DNA of 44,245 nucleotides, from positions 1-44,245 of the forward strand of contig JBJTFJ010000149.1 in assembly GCA_046093345.1 (NCBI GenBank), read 5' to 3'. Shown here one piece after another: positions 1-10,456 of the stretch. The first letter of the stretch is position 1, and every line of letters begins with the position of its first letter. Origin of the DNA: Fluviibacter sp. GTDB taxonomy: Bacteria > Pseudomonadota > Gammaproteobacteria > Burkholderiales > Rhodocyclaceae. The notes beneath the pieces were generated by a model. That model worked only from the letters and a program-made list of their open reading frames with translations. It was not told where the DNA came from and did no database searches. The position numbers and the translations under genes were made by a program.

Positions 1-35
1 TCCATCCCGCCGTCTCCAGTTTCTGGCCAGAATTC

Positions 36-112
36 TGGCGCGCTCGACACGATTCGAACGTGCGACCCTTGCCTTCGGAGGGCAATACTCTATCCAACTG
101 AGCTACGAGCGC
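36..112 (-). tRNA. tRNA-Arg (anticodon CCG)
   Basis: Reverse complement reads GCGCTCGTAGCTCAGTTGGATAGAGTATTGCCCTCCGAAGGCAAGGGTCGCACGTTCGAATCGTGTCGAGCGCGCCA: a 77-nt cloverleaf with anticodon loop CT-CCG-AA, T-loop TTCGAAT and encoded CCA. Confidence 0.97.
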
Positions 113-122
113 GTGCGGGCGA

Positions 123-151
123 AGTCTAGCCGTTTTTACACAGACTGTCCA
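123..151 (-). promoter_or_regulatory. Putative sigma70 promoter of tRNA-Arg
   Basis: Minus strand TGGACA-N17-TAGACT, followed by a GC-rich discriminator just upstream of the tRNA 5' end. Confidence 0.55.
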
Positions 152-228
152 AAGCAGCCCCCAAGCGGTTTAGTTCCCGCTATAATTGAAAAATAACGCC
201 CATTTATTTTTCGCTCACAGGATCGATC

Positions 229-666
229 ATGGCCGACAAGAATTCCAGCAGCAAGTTGATGTATCTCTCTATCGCTATTGCGGTAATCCTCATGGCCGTT
301 GTTGTGCCATTCTCGATGAGCGGCAAGGGCAAATCCGACGCCGTTGGCAATGGAGATGATGTCGAATCGCGCATCGCTCCGGTAGCCAAGATCGAAATGC
401 AAGCCGGTGGTGGCGATGGCGGCGTTAAAGACGGCAAGACCGTTTACAACACCGTTTGCGCTGGCTGTCATGGCGCTGGCGTGATGGGCGCACCGAAGTT
501 GGGCGACAAGGGCGCCTGGGCTGGCCGTATCGGCCAAGGCATGGCTACTCTGAACAACCACGCAATCAATGGCTTCAAGGGCATGCCTGCTCGTGGCGGC
601 GCAGCCAGCCTGAGCGACGATGAAGTTAAGGCAGCCGTTCAGTACATGGTAGACGGTTCGAAGTAA
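229..666 (+). CDS. Membrane-anchored cytochrome c5 family protein
   Basis: N-terminal TM helix, haem motif CAGCH, and c5 signature GAP..GDK.AW..R and MPARGG. Confidence 0.9.
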   Translation: MADKNSSSKLMYLSIAIAVILMAVVVPFSMSGKGKSDAVGNGDDVESRIAPVAKIEMQAGGGDGGVKDGKTVYNTVCAGCHGAGVMGAPKLGDKGAWAGRIGQGMATLNNHAINGFKGMPARGGAASLSDDEVKAAVQYMVDGSK

Positions 667-684
667 GTTCAACTGCGCCAACGC

Positions 685-714
685 AAAGGGACGCCGCGGC
701 GTCCCTTTTCTTTT
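685..714. terminator. Bidirectional intrinsic terminator between cytochrome c5 and rep
   Basis: AAAGGGACGCC-GC-GGCGTCCCTTT hairpin plus T-tract, between convergent genes. Confidence 0.85.
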
Positions 715-728
715 GTGCTGCCGTTGTA

Positions 729-2753
729 TTAAACGGCCGATTCGTCCGGATTAGTCTTCTGCAACATGGCTTTCAGAAAATCCAGCTTATTGGCTGAGGT
801 CGATTTATCGGCAATGGTCTTGCTGGCCGACGAGGAGGTTTCGCAACCCATCTCCTGAATAAAACGGGAAGGCTCACACGGCATCAGATCTTTGCCCTGG
901 CGACGCTTTTCACACCAGGTAACGTGCAGACTGCGCTGCGCCCGGGTAATACCCACGTACATTAACCGACGTTCTTCTTCCAGCTTCTCGGCATCCTGTG
1001 ATTCACGGTGCGGCAGAATGTTTTCTTCTACACCTACCAGGAAGACGTGACCGAACTCCAACCCCTTCGCTGCATGCAGCGTAGAAAGTTGTACGGCATC
1101 GTAATCATCCCCCTGATCCCGGCGTTCCAGTAGCGACATCAGCGCCATTGTCTGCACAATCTCGGCCAAGGTCTTGCCGTCGTCATCACTCTTTTTGGTA
1201 ATCCAGGCGTGAAACTCCTGCACGTTGGCCCAGCGGGTTTCTGCCGTACGCGCTTCTTCCTGATCGTAGAGCCAGTTCTCGTATTCAATCGCGGCCAGAA
1301 TATCCGGGAATACATCGGCGGCCGACTCGCGCTGCGCCCGCCACTGAAAACGATTGATGAACTCACCGAATTCACGCAGTGGTTGCACTACGCGGCTATT
1401 GGCCTGCGCAGCAAAACCTTCTTCAAACAAAGCGGCAAATAACGAGATCTGGCGCTCGGCGGCATAACGACCCAGCACCGCCAGCGTCTGATTACCAATA
1501 CCGCGGCGTGGCGTTGTCGCAGCACGAATAAATGCCGGGTCATCGTCATCGTTAACCAGCAAACGCAGATAGGCCAGCAGATCTTTAATTTCTGCCTTGT
1601 CGAAGAACGATTGGCCGCCCGACAACACATAAGGGATGCGTTGCTGCCGCAAGGCCTGCTCGAAAACACGTGCCTGATGGTTACTGCGATACAGAATGGC
1701 GTAGTCCGAGAACTTCGCCCGGTTCTCGAAGCGGTGCCCTTGCAGCTTCATCACCACGGTTTCGGCTTCAGCCTCACCCTCGGCACAGGCAATCACGTTG
1801 ATGTTGGCGCCTGGCCCATGCTCGGACCACAACGACTTGGCAAACAACTTCGGATTATTCTGGATCAGCGTATTGGCTGCCTCCAGAATCTTTCCGGTGG
1901 AGCGATAGTTCTGCTCGAGCTTAATCACTTTGAGCTGCGGGAAGTCTTCGGTCAGACGACGCAGATTCTCCACATCGGCGCCGCGCCAACCGTAAATAGC
2001 CTGGTCATCGTCGCCCACGGCGGTGAACGACGCGCGTACGCCGGTCAGCTGTTGCAGCAACCGGTACTGGGCTGTGTTCGTGTCCTGATATTCATCCACC
2101 AGAATGTGGCGGAATTTATCCTGCCACTTTTGCCGGATCTCGGCGTTGTCTTGCAACAAGGTCACCGGTAAGCGGATCAGGTCATCAAAATCTACCGCCT
2201 GATAAGCGTGCAACGCATTGGCATAATCCCGGTAAACACGGGCAGCCACCGCCTCTTCTTCGTCTTTAGCCGCTTCGGCCGCCTGCACGGGGCTGAGCAG
2301 GGCATTCTTCCAGAGCGATATCGTGGTCTGTAGCCAGCGCAGCTTGGCCTTATCCGTAGTGCCGCTCAGCTCATTAATAATGCCCAGGCAGTCGGCCGAA
2401 TCGAAAATCGAGAAGCTGGGCTTGTAACCCAGCGTTTTCGCTTCTTCGCGCACCATGCGCAAACCCAGCGAGTGGAAGGTGGCGATCGTCAGCCCTTTAG
2501 GCGGCTTACCCATCCGCTTGGCGATCCGCTCCGACATTTCCAACGCGGCTTTATTGGTAAAGGTAATAGCCGCCACCTGATGCGGCTTGATATCGCAGGT
2601 TTCGATCAGGTGGACAATTTTCTCGGTAATCACCCGGGTTTTACCCGATCCGGCACCGGCCAGCACCAGCAATGGGCCGTCCAGATAAGCAATGGCCTCC
2701 CGCTGACGCGGGTTGAGGCCTGCTGGAATGGAATTACCGGGGGATGAAGACAT
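729..2753 (-). CDS. rep: ATP-dependent DNA helicase Rep (UvrD/Rep family)
   Basis: [43 protein letters not shown] and [13 protein letters not shown] motifs; about 674 aa with no UvrD C-terminal domain. Start placed at ATG 2753. Confidence 0.88.
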   Translation of the reverse strand: MSSSPGNSIPAGLNPRQREAIAYLDGPLLVLAGAGSGKTRVITEKIVHLIETCDIKPHQVAAITFTNKAALEMSERIAKRMGKPPKGLTIATFHSLGLRMVREEAKTLGYKPSFSIFDSADCLGIINELSGTTDKAKLRWLQTTISLWKNALLSPVQAAEAAKDEEEAVAARVYRDYANALHAYQAVDFDDLIRLPVTLLQDNAEIRQKWQDKFRHILVDEYQDTNTAQYRLLQQLTGVRASFTAVGDDDQAIYGWRGADVENLRRLTEDFPQLKVIKLEQNYRSTGKILEAANTLIQNNPKLFAKSLWSEHGPGANINVIACAEGEAEAETVVMKLQGHRFENRAKFSDYAILYRSNHQARVFEQALRQQRIPYVLSGGQSFFDKAEIKDLLAYLRLLVNDDDDPAFIRAATTPRRGIGNQTLAVLGRYAAERQISLFAALFEEGFAAQANSRVVQPLREFGEFINRFQWRAQRESAADVFPDILAAIEYENWLYDQEEARTAETRWANVQEFHAWITKKSDDDGKTLAEIVQTMALMSLLERRDQGDDYDAVQLSTLHAAKGLEFGHVFLVGVEENILPHRESQDAEKLEEERRLMYVGITRAQRSLHVTWCEKRRQGKDLMPCEPSRFIQEMGCETSSSASKTIADKSTSANKLDFLKAMLQKTNPDESAV

Positions 2754-2897
2754 GGGCGCGAATTGTACCGGTCTGGCGCCCTCTGCAGGCAACGGTATCT
2801 TTTTAAATATATATTTTCGCCCTGCGATCGAAAGGCTCATCTGGTGAGACTCTCATGGTGTGCAATAATCATTCCAATCTCTCAAAAGGAAGTCACC

Positions 2898-3929
2898 ATG
2901 GACGAAAACAAGGTCAAGGCACTCGGTGCCGCGCTAGCCCAGATCGAAAAGCAATTCGGCAAGGGCGCCATCATGAAAATGGGCGATGCGCAGATTGATC
3001 GGGGCATTCAAGCTGTTTCCACCGGCTCGCTGGGTCTGGACATGGCGCTCGGCATCGGCGGCCTGCCACGCGGCCGCGTGGTTGAAATCTACGGCCCGGA
3101 ATCGTCGGGTAAAACCACACTGACCCTGCAAGTCATCGCCGCCGCACAACGCGCCGGCGGTACCGCTGCCTTTATCGATGCAGAACATGCCCTCGATCCG
3201 ATCTACGCTGGCAAGCTGGGCGTTGACGTACCAAACCTGATCATTTCGCAACCAGATACCGGCGAACAGGGTCTGGAAATTGCCGACATGCTCGTGCGCT
3301 CGGGCGGCGTCGACATCATCGTTATTGACTCGGTGGCTGCACTGACCCCGCGCGCTGAAATCGAAGGCGAAATGGGCGACTCCATGATGGGTCTTCACGC
3401 CCGTCTGATGAGCCAGGCACTGCGTAAGCTCACCGGCAGCATCAAGAAGACCAATACTCTGGTCATCTTCATTAACCAGATCCGTATGAAGATCGGTGTC
3501 ATGTTCGGCAACCCCGAAACGACGACTGGCGGTAACGCGCTCAAGTTCTACGCATCGGTACGTCTGGACATCCGCCGCATCGGCGCCATCAAACGTGGCG
3601 ACGAAGTCGTTGGTTCGGAGACCCGCGTTAAAGTCGTCAAGAACAAAGTTGCGCCCCCGTTCCGCGAAGCTATCTTTGACATCTTGTACGGCGAAGGCAT
3701 TTCACGCGAAGGCGAAATCATCGAGCTGGGTGTGGAACACAAGATCGTCGACAAAGCCGGTGCCTGGTATGCCTATAACGGCGAGAAGATCGGTCAGGGC
3801 AAAGACAATGTCCGCGAGTTCCTGAAGACCCGTCCGGAAATGGCCAAGGAAATCGAAGCCAAGATCATGGAAGCCGCTGGCATTACCATTGGTGGCGCAG
3901 CACCAGCCGCCGACGGAGACGACGCTTAA
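2898..3929 (+). CDS. recA: Recombinase RecA
   Basis: [16 protein letters not shown] and [17 protein letters not shown] motifs; AAGGA RBS before ATG 2898. Confidence 0.99.
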   Translation: MDENKVKALGAALAQIEKQFGKGAIMKMGDAQIDRGIQAVSTGSLGLDMALGIGGLPRGRVVEIYGPESSGKTTLTLQVIAAAQRAGGTAAFIDAEHALDPIYAGKLGVDVPNLIISQPDTGEQGLEIADMLVRSGGVDIIVIDSVAALTPRAEIEGEMGDSMMGLHARLMSQALRKLTGSIKKTNTLVIFINQIRMKIGVMFGNPETTTGGNALKFYASVRLDIRRIGAIKRGDEVVGSETRVKVVKNKVAPPFREAIFDILYGEGISREGEIIELGVEHKIVDKAGAWYAYNGEKIGQGKDNVREFLKTRPEMAKEIEAKIMEAAGITIGGAAPAADGDDA

Positions 3930-3949
3930 GTCGAGCGAGGCCGGAGAGA

Positions 3950-4510
3950 TTGGCTGCCACGGCTGACGACCTGCGTGCTCGTGCGCTGCGCCTTCTGGCG
4001 CGGCGCGAGTATGCCCGTCAGGAGCTGGCCACCAAACTCCTCAGCCGACCTGCACCACGCCCCAAGCGCCGCTCGCCCGGCAACACGCGGGATGTTTTCG
4101 AACAATTCGCGGTTGAAGATGATTACGTTGCCCCCACCGAAGCCGAGGTGAATGCGCTGCTCGATGATCTGGAAAAGCGGAAGATGCTCTCCGACGATCG
4201 TTACGCAGAGATGCGTACCCGCTTACGTGCGCCACGCTATGGCAATACCCGCCTGCAACAGGAACTGGCACAGAAGGGCATTGATCGCGATACCATTGCC
4301 GCCGTCATCGCTGAACAGCCCGACGAACTTACGCGTTGCCGTGATCTGTGGCTCAGAAAATTCGGTCAACCACCCGCCGACATGAATGAACGCATGAAAC
4401 AAACGCGCCATCTGGCCAGCCGCGGCTTTAATATGCGGGTTATCCAGCAAGTCATTCGTAGTGGCGGCGCTGCCAACGAAGATGATCTGTCCGATACTGT
4501 TACCGCCTGA
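3950..4510 (+). CDS. recX: Recombination regulator RecX
   Basis: Directly after recA; ALRLLARRE, LSDDRYAE, ELAQKGI and LASRGF motifs; TTG start with a GAGG/GGAG RBS. Confidence 0.92.
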   Translation: MAATADDLRARALRLLARREYARQELATKLLSRPAPRPKRRSPGNTRDVFEQFAVEDDYVAPTEAEVNALLDDLEKRKMLSDDRYAEMRTRLRAPRYGNTRLQQELAQKGIDRDTIAAVIAEQPDELTRCRDLWLRKFGQPPADMNERMKQTRHLASRGFNMRVIQQVIRSGGAANEDDLSDTVTA

Positions 4511-4540
4511 CCACCCTGCTCAATCACACTGACTCTCACC

Positions 4541-5278
4541 ATGACTGACGCCAAACCCGCCATTCTTTCTGCCCGGAACCTACGCAAGGTTTACCGTAAG
4601 CGCACTGTCGTTAAGGACGTGTCTTTCGACGTAGCTGCCGGCCAGGTGGTTGGGCTGCTGGGACCGAATGGTGCGGGTAAAACCACCTGCTTCTATATGG
4701 TGGTCGGCCTGGTACCGGCTGATGGTGGCAACATCACGCTGGCGGGCGATGAGCTCGTGCACCTGCCTATTCACCAACGGGCGCACATGGGCATTTCCTA
4801 TCTACCGCAGGAAGCATCGGTCTTCCGCAAGCTCACCGTCGAAGAAAATATTCTGGCCGTACTGCAGCTACAAAAGCTCGGTGCCGATGAAGAACACGAC
4901 CGTCTTGAAACCCTGCTCGATGAGCTGGCCATTCAGCACATCCGTCATAGCCGTGCCGCTGCACTCTCCGGTGGCGAACGCCGCCGCGTAGAAATCGCCC
5001 GCGCTCTGGCCACCAAGCCCCGCTTCATTCTGCTGGATGAGCCCTTTGCCGGTGTCGACCCGATTGCCGTGCTGGAAATTCAGAAGATCATCCGCTTCCT
5101 CAAAGAGCGCGGCATCGGTGTGCTGATTACCGACCACAACGTGCGCGAAACCCTGGGCATTACAGATCATGCCTACATCATCAGTGAAGGCACCGTGCTG
5201 GCGTCGGGCAGCCCTGATGAAATCATCAACAACGAAGCCGTTCGTCAGGTTTATCTGGGTGAACACTTCCGCCTGTAA
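4541..5278 (+). CDS. lptB: LPS export ABC transporter ATPase LptB
   Basis: [45 protein letters not shown] and the VYLGE.F C-terminus; lies upstream of rpoN. Confidence 0.96.
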   Translation: MTDAKPAILSARNLRKVYRKRTVVKDVSFDVAAGQVVGLLGPNGAGKTTCFYMVVGLVPADGGNITLAGDELVHLPIHQRAHMGISYLPQEASVFRKLTVEENILAVLQLQKLGADEEHDRLETLLDELAIQHIRHSRAAALSGGERRRVEIARALATKPRFILLDEPFAGVDPIAVLEIQKIIRFLKERGIGVLITDHNVRETLGITDHAYIISEGTVLASGSPDEIINNEAVRQVYLGEHFRL

Positions 5279-5317
5279 TTTAATGCAGTCCTGCCCAGTA
5301 CAACGCATCGGAACACC

Positions 5318-6793
5318 ATGAAGGCCAGCCTGCAACTCAAGGGCACGCAGCACCTGACAATGACTCCGCAATTGCAACAGTCGATCAGGCTGCTGCAACT
5401 CTCGTCGGTCGAACTGCAACAAGAGGTTGCTCAGGCGCTGGCCGAAAACCCGATGCTTGAGCGGGAAGATGCAGAAGAGGGCGACGAAGCATCCGAGACT
5501 GAAAACGCGCACTCGGCATCACCCTCACACGATGAGCATCATCAAAACTCCCAGGAAGTAACCGCGGAGGCGGGCACCGATAGCATGCCTGACACCGCCG
5601 AAGCCTTCGAACAATCCAGCCCGATGGATATGGACGAAGGCCCCTATGCCTATGCCGGTTCTGGCGGCGATGATGGGGATAGCGATTATGAACAGGCCGA
5701 CAGCAGTGCCATCACGCTACGTGAACACCTGCTGGCACAAGCCGGTCTGCAGCGCTGTAGCTGGCGCGAACAGGCTCTGGTACGAATTCTGATCGAAGCC
5801 CTAGATGAGCGGGGTTATCTCACCAGCAGCCTCGATGAAATACTCACCGCCCTGCCGGACGATGAAACCGTTGCCCTCACCGAACTCGAAGGTGCGCTCG
5901 CGCGCCTACAAGAACTGGATCCGCCTGGCGTGGGTTGCCGCACGCTCACCGAATGCCTTCTACTGCAACTGAAAGATCTATCTGATCCGACAGCGACACT
6001 AGCCCGCACACTGGTAACAGATTATCTGCCGGCATTAGCGCAGCGGGACTTTGTACTGCTACGCCGCAAAACCGGTGCCGATGACGATGCTCTGCGTGAT
6101 GCACAAGCGCTGATCCGCAGCCTAAATCCACACCCGGGCCATAGCTTCCTTGATGATGCCAGCCCGTACATCATTCCTGATGTGCTCGTTCGCAAAATCG
6201 AAAGCACCCACGCTGCACGCTGGGCCGCAACGACGAATCCAGACGCGTTGCCCCGACTCAAAATCAATCGTCTCTATGCCGGCTTGCTTGGTCAGGCCAG
6301 CGGTGGTCACAGTGGGCTCAGCGGTCAATTGCAAGAGGCGCGCTGGCTTATCAAGAATATCCAGCAACGTTTCGAAACCATCGAACGGGTTGCTCAAGCT
6401 ATCGTCAGCGAACAGGCCGCTTTTTTTGAAAAAGGGGAGTTGGCCATGCGTCCGCTGGTCCTACGGGAAATTGCGGACCAATTGGGGCTCCATGAATCGA
6501 CCATTTCGCGGGTGACCTCCCAGAAATTCATGGCGACACCGCGCGGAGTCTTTGAATTTAAATACTTTTTTGGCAGCCACGTTGGCACCGATGACGGCGG
6601 CGCAGCCTCTGCCACGGCCATAAAAGCCCGAATCAAGCAGTTGATCGGGGGTGAAAATCCCAAAAAACCACTCTCGGATCAACAAATTTGTGATCAATTT
6701 AGTGCCGAAGGCATTGTCGTAGCACGCCGGACCATAGCAAAATACCGTGAGGCGATGGGTCTCCCCACCGCCAGTTTGCGCAAGACCCTTTAG
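5318..6793 (+). CDS. rpoN: RNA polymerase sigma-54 factor
   Basis: MTPQLQQSIRLLQL N-terminus, HESTISR HTH and RpoN box ARRTIAKYRE. Confidence 0.97.
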   Translation: MKASLQLKGTQHLTMTPQLQQSIRLLQLSSVELQQEVAQALAENPMLEREDAEEGDEASETENAHSASPSHDEHHQNSQEVTAEAGTDSMPDTAEAFEQSSPMDMDEGPYAYAGSGGDDGDSDYEQADSSAITLREHLLAQAGLQRCSWREQALVRILIEALDERGYLTSSLDEILTALPDDETVALTELEGALARLQELDPPGVGCRTLTECLLLQLKDLSDPTATLARTLVTDYLPALAQRDFVLLRRKTGADDDALRDAQALIRSLNPHPGHSFLDDASPYIIPDVLVRKIESTHAARWAATTNPDALPRLKINRLYAGLLGQASGGHSGLSGQLQEARWLIKNIQQRFETIERVAQAIVSEQAAFFEKGELAMRPLVLREIADQLGLHESTISRVTSQKFMATPRGVFEFKYFFGSHVGTDDGGAASATAIKARIKQLIGGENPKKPLSDQQICDQFSAEGIVVARRTIAKYREAMGLPTASLRKTL

Positions 6794-6803
6794 AGGAGGC
6801 AGT

Positions 6804-7127
6804 ATGAATCTGCAAATCAGTGGTCATCATCTGGAAGTTAGTCCCGCTATTCGCGAATACGTCGGCCAGAAGTTGCAAAAGGTCACGCGACATTTCGATC
6901 ACGTTATCGACATGCATGTCGTGCTTAGCGTAGAAAAACTGAACCAGAAAGCTGAAGTAACGCTGCACGTTCCGGGCAAAGATATTTTTGTCGAAAGTAC
7001 CGACCCGAACCTGTATGCTGCGGTTGATGACCTCACCGACAAGCTTGATCGTCAGGTCCAGAAATACAAGCAGAAGATTCAGGATCACGGACGGGGCCAA
7101 ACGGTCGCCAGCCATCTGGAAGAATAA
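6804..7127 (+). CDS. hpf: Ribosome hibernation promoting factor (HPF/RaiA)
   Basis: MNLQISGHHLEVSPAIREYV...LYAAVD..DKLDRQ; GGAGG RBS before ATG 6804; follows rpoN. Confidence 0.93.
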   Translation: MNLQISGHHLEVSPAIREYVGQKLQKVTRHFDHVIDMHVVLSVEKLNQKAEVTLHVPGKDIFVESTDPNLYAAVDDLTDKLDRQVQKYKQKIQDHGRGQTVASHLEE

Positions 7128-7139
7128 CTTTTACGGATG

Positions 7140-7170
7140 GGCGGGCACAGCAATGTGCCCGCCTTTTATT
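7140..7170 (+). terminator. Intrinsic terminator-like hairpin between hpf and ptsN
   Basis: GGCGGGCACA-GCAA-TGTGCCCGCC followed by TTTTATT. Confidence 0.75.
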
Positions 7171-7172
7171 GA

Positions 7173-7622
7173 ATGAATGCAATTGCCCAACTACTGACGC
7201 AGGATGCGATTGTCCTGACCGCCAAGCCAACTACCAAGGAAGCACTCTTTACAGAAGCCGCCCTAGCCCTTGGCCAGCGTCTTGGTATCAACAGCACATC
7301 GGTCGAAGACTGCCTCAGAATGCGTGAGCAGCTTGGTTCTACCGGCCTAGGCCAGGGCGTCGGCATTCCACATGGCCGACTCAAAGGGCTCAAGCAAGTA
7401 GCCGGCATGTTCTATCGCCTAGGCACCCCGATTCCTTTCGATGCACCGGATAACCGCCCGGTGGATCTGGCTTTCTTTCTGCTGGTTCCCGAACAAAGTA
7501 CCGAAGAGCATCTGCAACTGCTATCTGAGCTCGCCCAGGGTTTTTCGGATCCGGATTTCCGCGACAAATTGCGCACCAGTAACGATGCTGCAGAAGTGCT
7601 CAAACTTTTCGCCAGCAATTAA
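7173..7622 (+). CDS. ptsN: PTS IIA-like nitrogen regulatory protein PtsN
   Basis: RE.LGSTGLG.GVGIPHGR phospho-His motif, FDAPD..PV and HLQLLSELA; rpoN operon context. Confidence 0.92.
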   Translation: MNAIAQLLTQDAIVLTAKPTTKEALFTEAALALGQRLGINSTSVEDCLRMREQLGSTGLGQGVGIPHGRLKGLKQVAGMFYRLGTPIPFDAPDNRPVDLAFFLLVPEQSTEEHLQLLSELAQGFSDPDFRDKLRTSNDAAEVLKLFASN

Positions 7623-7640
7623 CAAGCCGCCCAGAAACCG

Positions 7641-8663
7641 ATGAAAGAACTCAGCGTTGCGCAACTCTACGAAGAGTACAAAGACAGCCTAGCGCTGAAC
7701 TGGGTGGGTAGCGTCGGCTGCAACCGCAGCATCCGTCTTTTAGAAAAAGATGCCTATGGTTCCGACATCGTCGGCCACCTCAACATCATCCACCCGGATC
7801 GCCTCCAAGTTGTCGGCATTGCTGAACAGAAGTGGTCATTACGTACACGTGCCACACGTCGGCAATCGGTTTACGAAGATCTCTGCCAGGCTGCGCCGCC
7901 TGCCATTATTGTGGCTGATGGCCTACCCATTCTTGATGAACTACGCGAGGCCTGTGAAAAGACCGGCACACCGTTGTTCTCTTCCGCCCGCTCATGCTCT
8001 GCCGTAATCGATCAGCTACGCCACTATCTTGCGCGCAAACTGGCCGACACCACCAGTCTGCATGGTGTTTTCATGGACGTGCTGGGTATGGGCGTCATGA
8101 TCACCGGCGACTCGGGCTCAGGCAAAAGCGAACTGGCACTGGAACTCATTTCTCGCGGTCACGGCCTCGTTGCCGACGATGTCGTAGAGCTGACCCGCGT
8201 TGCGCCAAATGTCATCGAAGGCCGTTGCCCCGGAATCCTGCGTGACTTCCTTGAAGTGCGCGGCCTCGGACTACTGAACATCCGCACCATCTTTGGTGAA
8301 ACGGCTTCGCGTCGCAAGATGCGCCTCAAGCTCATCGTGCACCTGCACCGTCAGCAGCCAGGCAATGCCGACACACCACGCCTGCCTTTCGAAGCGCAGA
8401 CGCAAGAGATTCTTGGCGTCAACATCCGCAAGGTCAACATTCCGGTGGCCGCTGGTCGCAACCTGGCCGTGCTGCTCGAGGCTGCCGTACGCAATACGAT
8501 TCTGCAATTCCGTGGCATTGATAGCCTGGATGAATTTATCGCACGCCAGCAGGAAGAAGTGCTTGCCCAGGAGGCCGTAGCCGCCAAGAGTGCGCAACGC
8601 GCGCTTGCCCTTGATACAGGGCACACCATCAGGCCAGAAGAGATCGACGATCCGTCGATCTAA
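7641..8663 (+). CDS. hprK: HPr kinase/phosphorylase
   Basis: LHGVFMDV, GDSGSGKSELALELISRGH, VADD, LEVRGLG and PVAAGRN motifs. Confidence 0.95.
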   Translation: MKELSVAQLYEEYKDSLALNWVGSVGCNRSIRLLEKDAYGSDIVGHLNIIHPDRLQVVGIAEQKWSLRTRATRRQSVYEDLCQAAPPAIIVADGLPILDELREACEKTGTPLFSSARSCSAVIDQLRHYLARKLADTTSLHGVFMDVLGMGVMITGDSGSGKSELALELISRGHGLVADDVVELTRVAPNVIEGRCPGILRDFLEVRGLGLLNIRTIFGETASRRKMRLKLIVHLHRQQPGNADTPRLPFEAQTQEILGVNIRKVNIPVAAGRNLAVLLEAAVRNTILQFRGIDSLDEFIARQQEEVLAQEAVAAKSAQRALALDTGHTIRPEEIDDPSI

Positions 8664-8666
8664 GCG

Positions 8667-9593
8667 CTAGCGTGCAGGTGGTTTACCAAAAGTAATCACC
8701 TGCTCATCACTGGCTGAAGGCGTTTCACAAGACTCTGTGTCGTAGGTCTCGCTATCAAAGGCGATGTCACCACCCCCCGCCAAGGCAGCCGGATCACCCA
8801 TCTGCAGACCTTCGAAATCAAAGAGGTTTCGATCACCCAGATGTGAGGGCACCACATTCTGAATTGCCGTCATCACCGACTCGGTGCGACCCGGATAACG
8901 CTGATCCCAATCGGCCATCATCTCGCGGATTTTCTGGCGCTGCAGGTTTTCCTGGGTGCCGCACAAGTTACACGGAATAATCGGGAAGCCCACACCGCGG
9001 GCGTAGCGCGCAATATCTACTTCCGGCACATAGGCCAGCGGACGAATCACCATGAAGTCGCCGTTGTCGGTTACCAGCTTTGGCGGCATCGCTTTCAGCT
9101 TGCCCCCGAACAACATGTTCAGAAACAACGTGTGCACAATGTCATCGCGGTGGTGACCCAGCGCAATCTTATTGGCACCCAACTCACTCGCGGTCTTGTA
9201 AATAATCCCGCGGCGTAGCCGCGAACATAGCGAACACGTCGTCTTACCCTCGGGCACTTTCTCTTTAACAATCGAGTAGGTGTCCTGCGTCACGATGCGG
9301 TGTTCCACACCCAGCTTTTCCAGATAATTCGGCAACACATCTGCCGGAAAGCCCGGTTGCTTCTGATCCAGATTCATCGCAATGATGCGGAAATCGATGG
9401 GCGCGCGTTTACGCAGCGCCAGCAACACATCCAGCAAGGTATAAGAATCTTTACCGCCCGACAGACAGACCATCACCGTGTCGCCATCTTCGATCATCTT
9501 GTAATCGCCAATGGCCTTACCCACACGGTTTTCAATAAAACGACGTAGCTTCAGAATGGTTTGCGAAAGATCTTCGGTGGTTTGATTCATCAT
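8667..9593 (-). CDS. ttcA: tRNA 2-thiocytidine(32) synthetase TtcA
   Basis: PP-loop [22 protein letters not shown] and PCNLCG. Confidence 0.95.
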   Translation of the reverse strand: MMNQTTEDLSQTILKLRRFIENRVGKAIGDYKMIEDGDTVMVCLSGGKDSYTLLDVLLALRKRAPIDFRIIAMNLDQKQPGFPADVLPNYLEKLGVEHRIVTQDTYSIVKEKVPEGKTTCSLCSRLRRGIIYKTASELGANKIALGHHRDDIVHTLFLNMLFGGKLKAMPPKLVTDNGDFMVIRPLAYVPEVDIARYARGVGFPIIPCNLCGTQENLQRQKIREMMADWDQRYPGRTESVMTAIQNVVPSHLGDRNLFDFEGLQMGDPAALAGGGDIAFDSETYDTESCETPSASDEQVITFGKPPAR

Positions 9594-9596
9594 GAT

Positions 9597-10349
9597 TCAA
9601 GTAGCCAGGTGGGCGCTACGGCCCCCATCAACATTAATAACCTGCCCCGTAATGTACGGTGCATCCAGCATGAGAAAGCGCACCGTCCGGGCAATGTCTT
9701 CCGGCGTACCGGCACGCTTGAGTAAAGTGTGTTGCACAATCGCCTGACGATCAGTATCGGCGAACTGGCCGTCTTCCGGCCACAGAATCGGACCGGGCGC
9801 GACTGCGTTCACGCGCACCTCCGGTGCCAGCTCAATGGCTAACGCACGCGTCAGCGTGAGCAATGCGCCCTTTGCTGCGGCATACAGCGGGTAACCCGCC
9901 AACGGACGCTCGGCATGAATATCGGTGATATTGATGATGGACCCGCCCACCGCCCGCAAATGCGGTGCAGCAGCCTGTGCCAGAAAGAGCGGTGCCTTGA
10001 AGTTGCTGCCCACCAAATCGTGCCAATCTGTCTCGCTAATCTGCCCTAGCGGCGTGGGGAAGAACGACGAGGCGTTACACACCAGGCCATCCAGGCGGCC
10101 AAATTGCGCAACTACGGCATCCACCATGGGTGCAATGCGGGTTGTATCCAGTAAATCTGCTTGAACCACCAGCGCCGAATCGGCCCGCACAGCATTCAGC
10201 TGGGCGGCCAGTGCTTCGGCATCCGCTACCGATTGGCGTGTATGCAAGGCAATGCGTGCACCGGTAGCATGCAGCGCCGTGGCAATCGCCGCGCCCACAC
10301 GGCGCGCCGCACCAGTGATCAGCATCACAGGGGCGTTGGTCGATGGCAT
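9597..10349 (-). CDS. Pteridine reductase (FolM/PTR1-like short-chain dehydrogenase)
   Basis: ITGAARRVG, NASSF, YAAAK and VNAVAPG motifs. Start is uncertain (10349 or 10364). Confidence 0.85.
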   Translation of the reverse strand: MPSTNAPVMLITGAARRVGAAIATALHATGARIALHTRQSVADAEALAAQLNAVRADSALVVQADLLDTTRIAPMVDAVVAQFGRLDGLVCNASSFFPTPLGQISETDWHDLVGSNFKAPLFLAQAAAPHLRAVGGSIINITDIHAERPLAGYPLYAAAKGALLTLTRALAIELAPEVRVNAVAPGPILWPEDGQFADTDRQAIVQHTLLKRAGTPEDIARTVRFLMLDAPYITGQVINVDGGRSAHLAT

Positions 10350-10456
10350 AGTGGCAGGAGTCACAGTAATAGGGCGTTACAGCAATAAGAATGACGCGTA
10401 TTGTCGCATGCGCTATCCTCCTGCTCTACTGCAACCTAAGCAACTATCCACGCACC

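Noticed and set aside
1-35. Possible island or prophage integrated at the tRNA-Arg 3' end
   Set aside because: Only 35 bp are visible, and there is no integrase or att duplication in this window.
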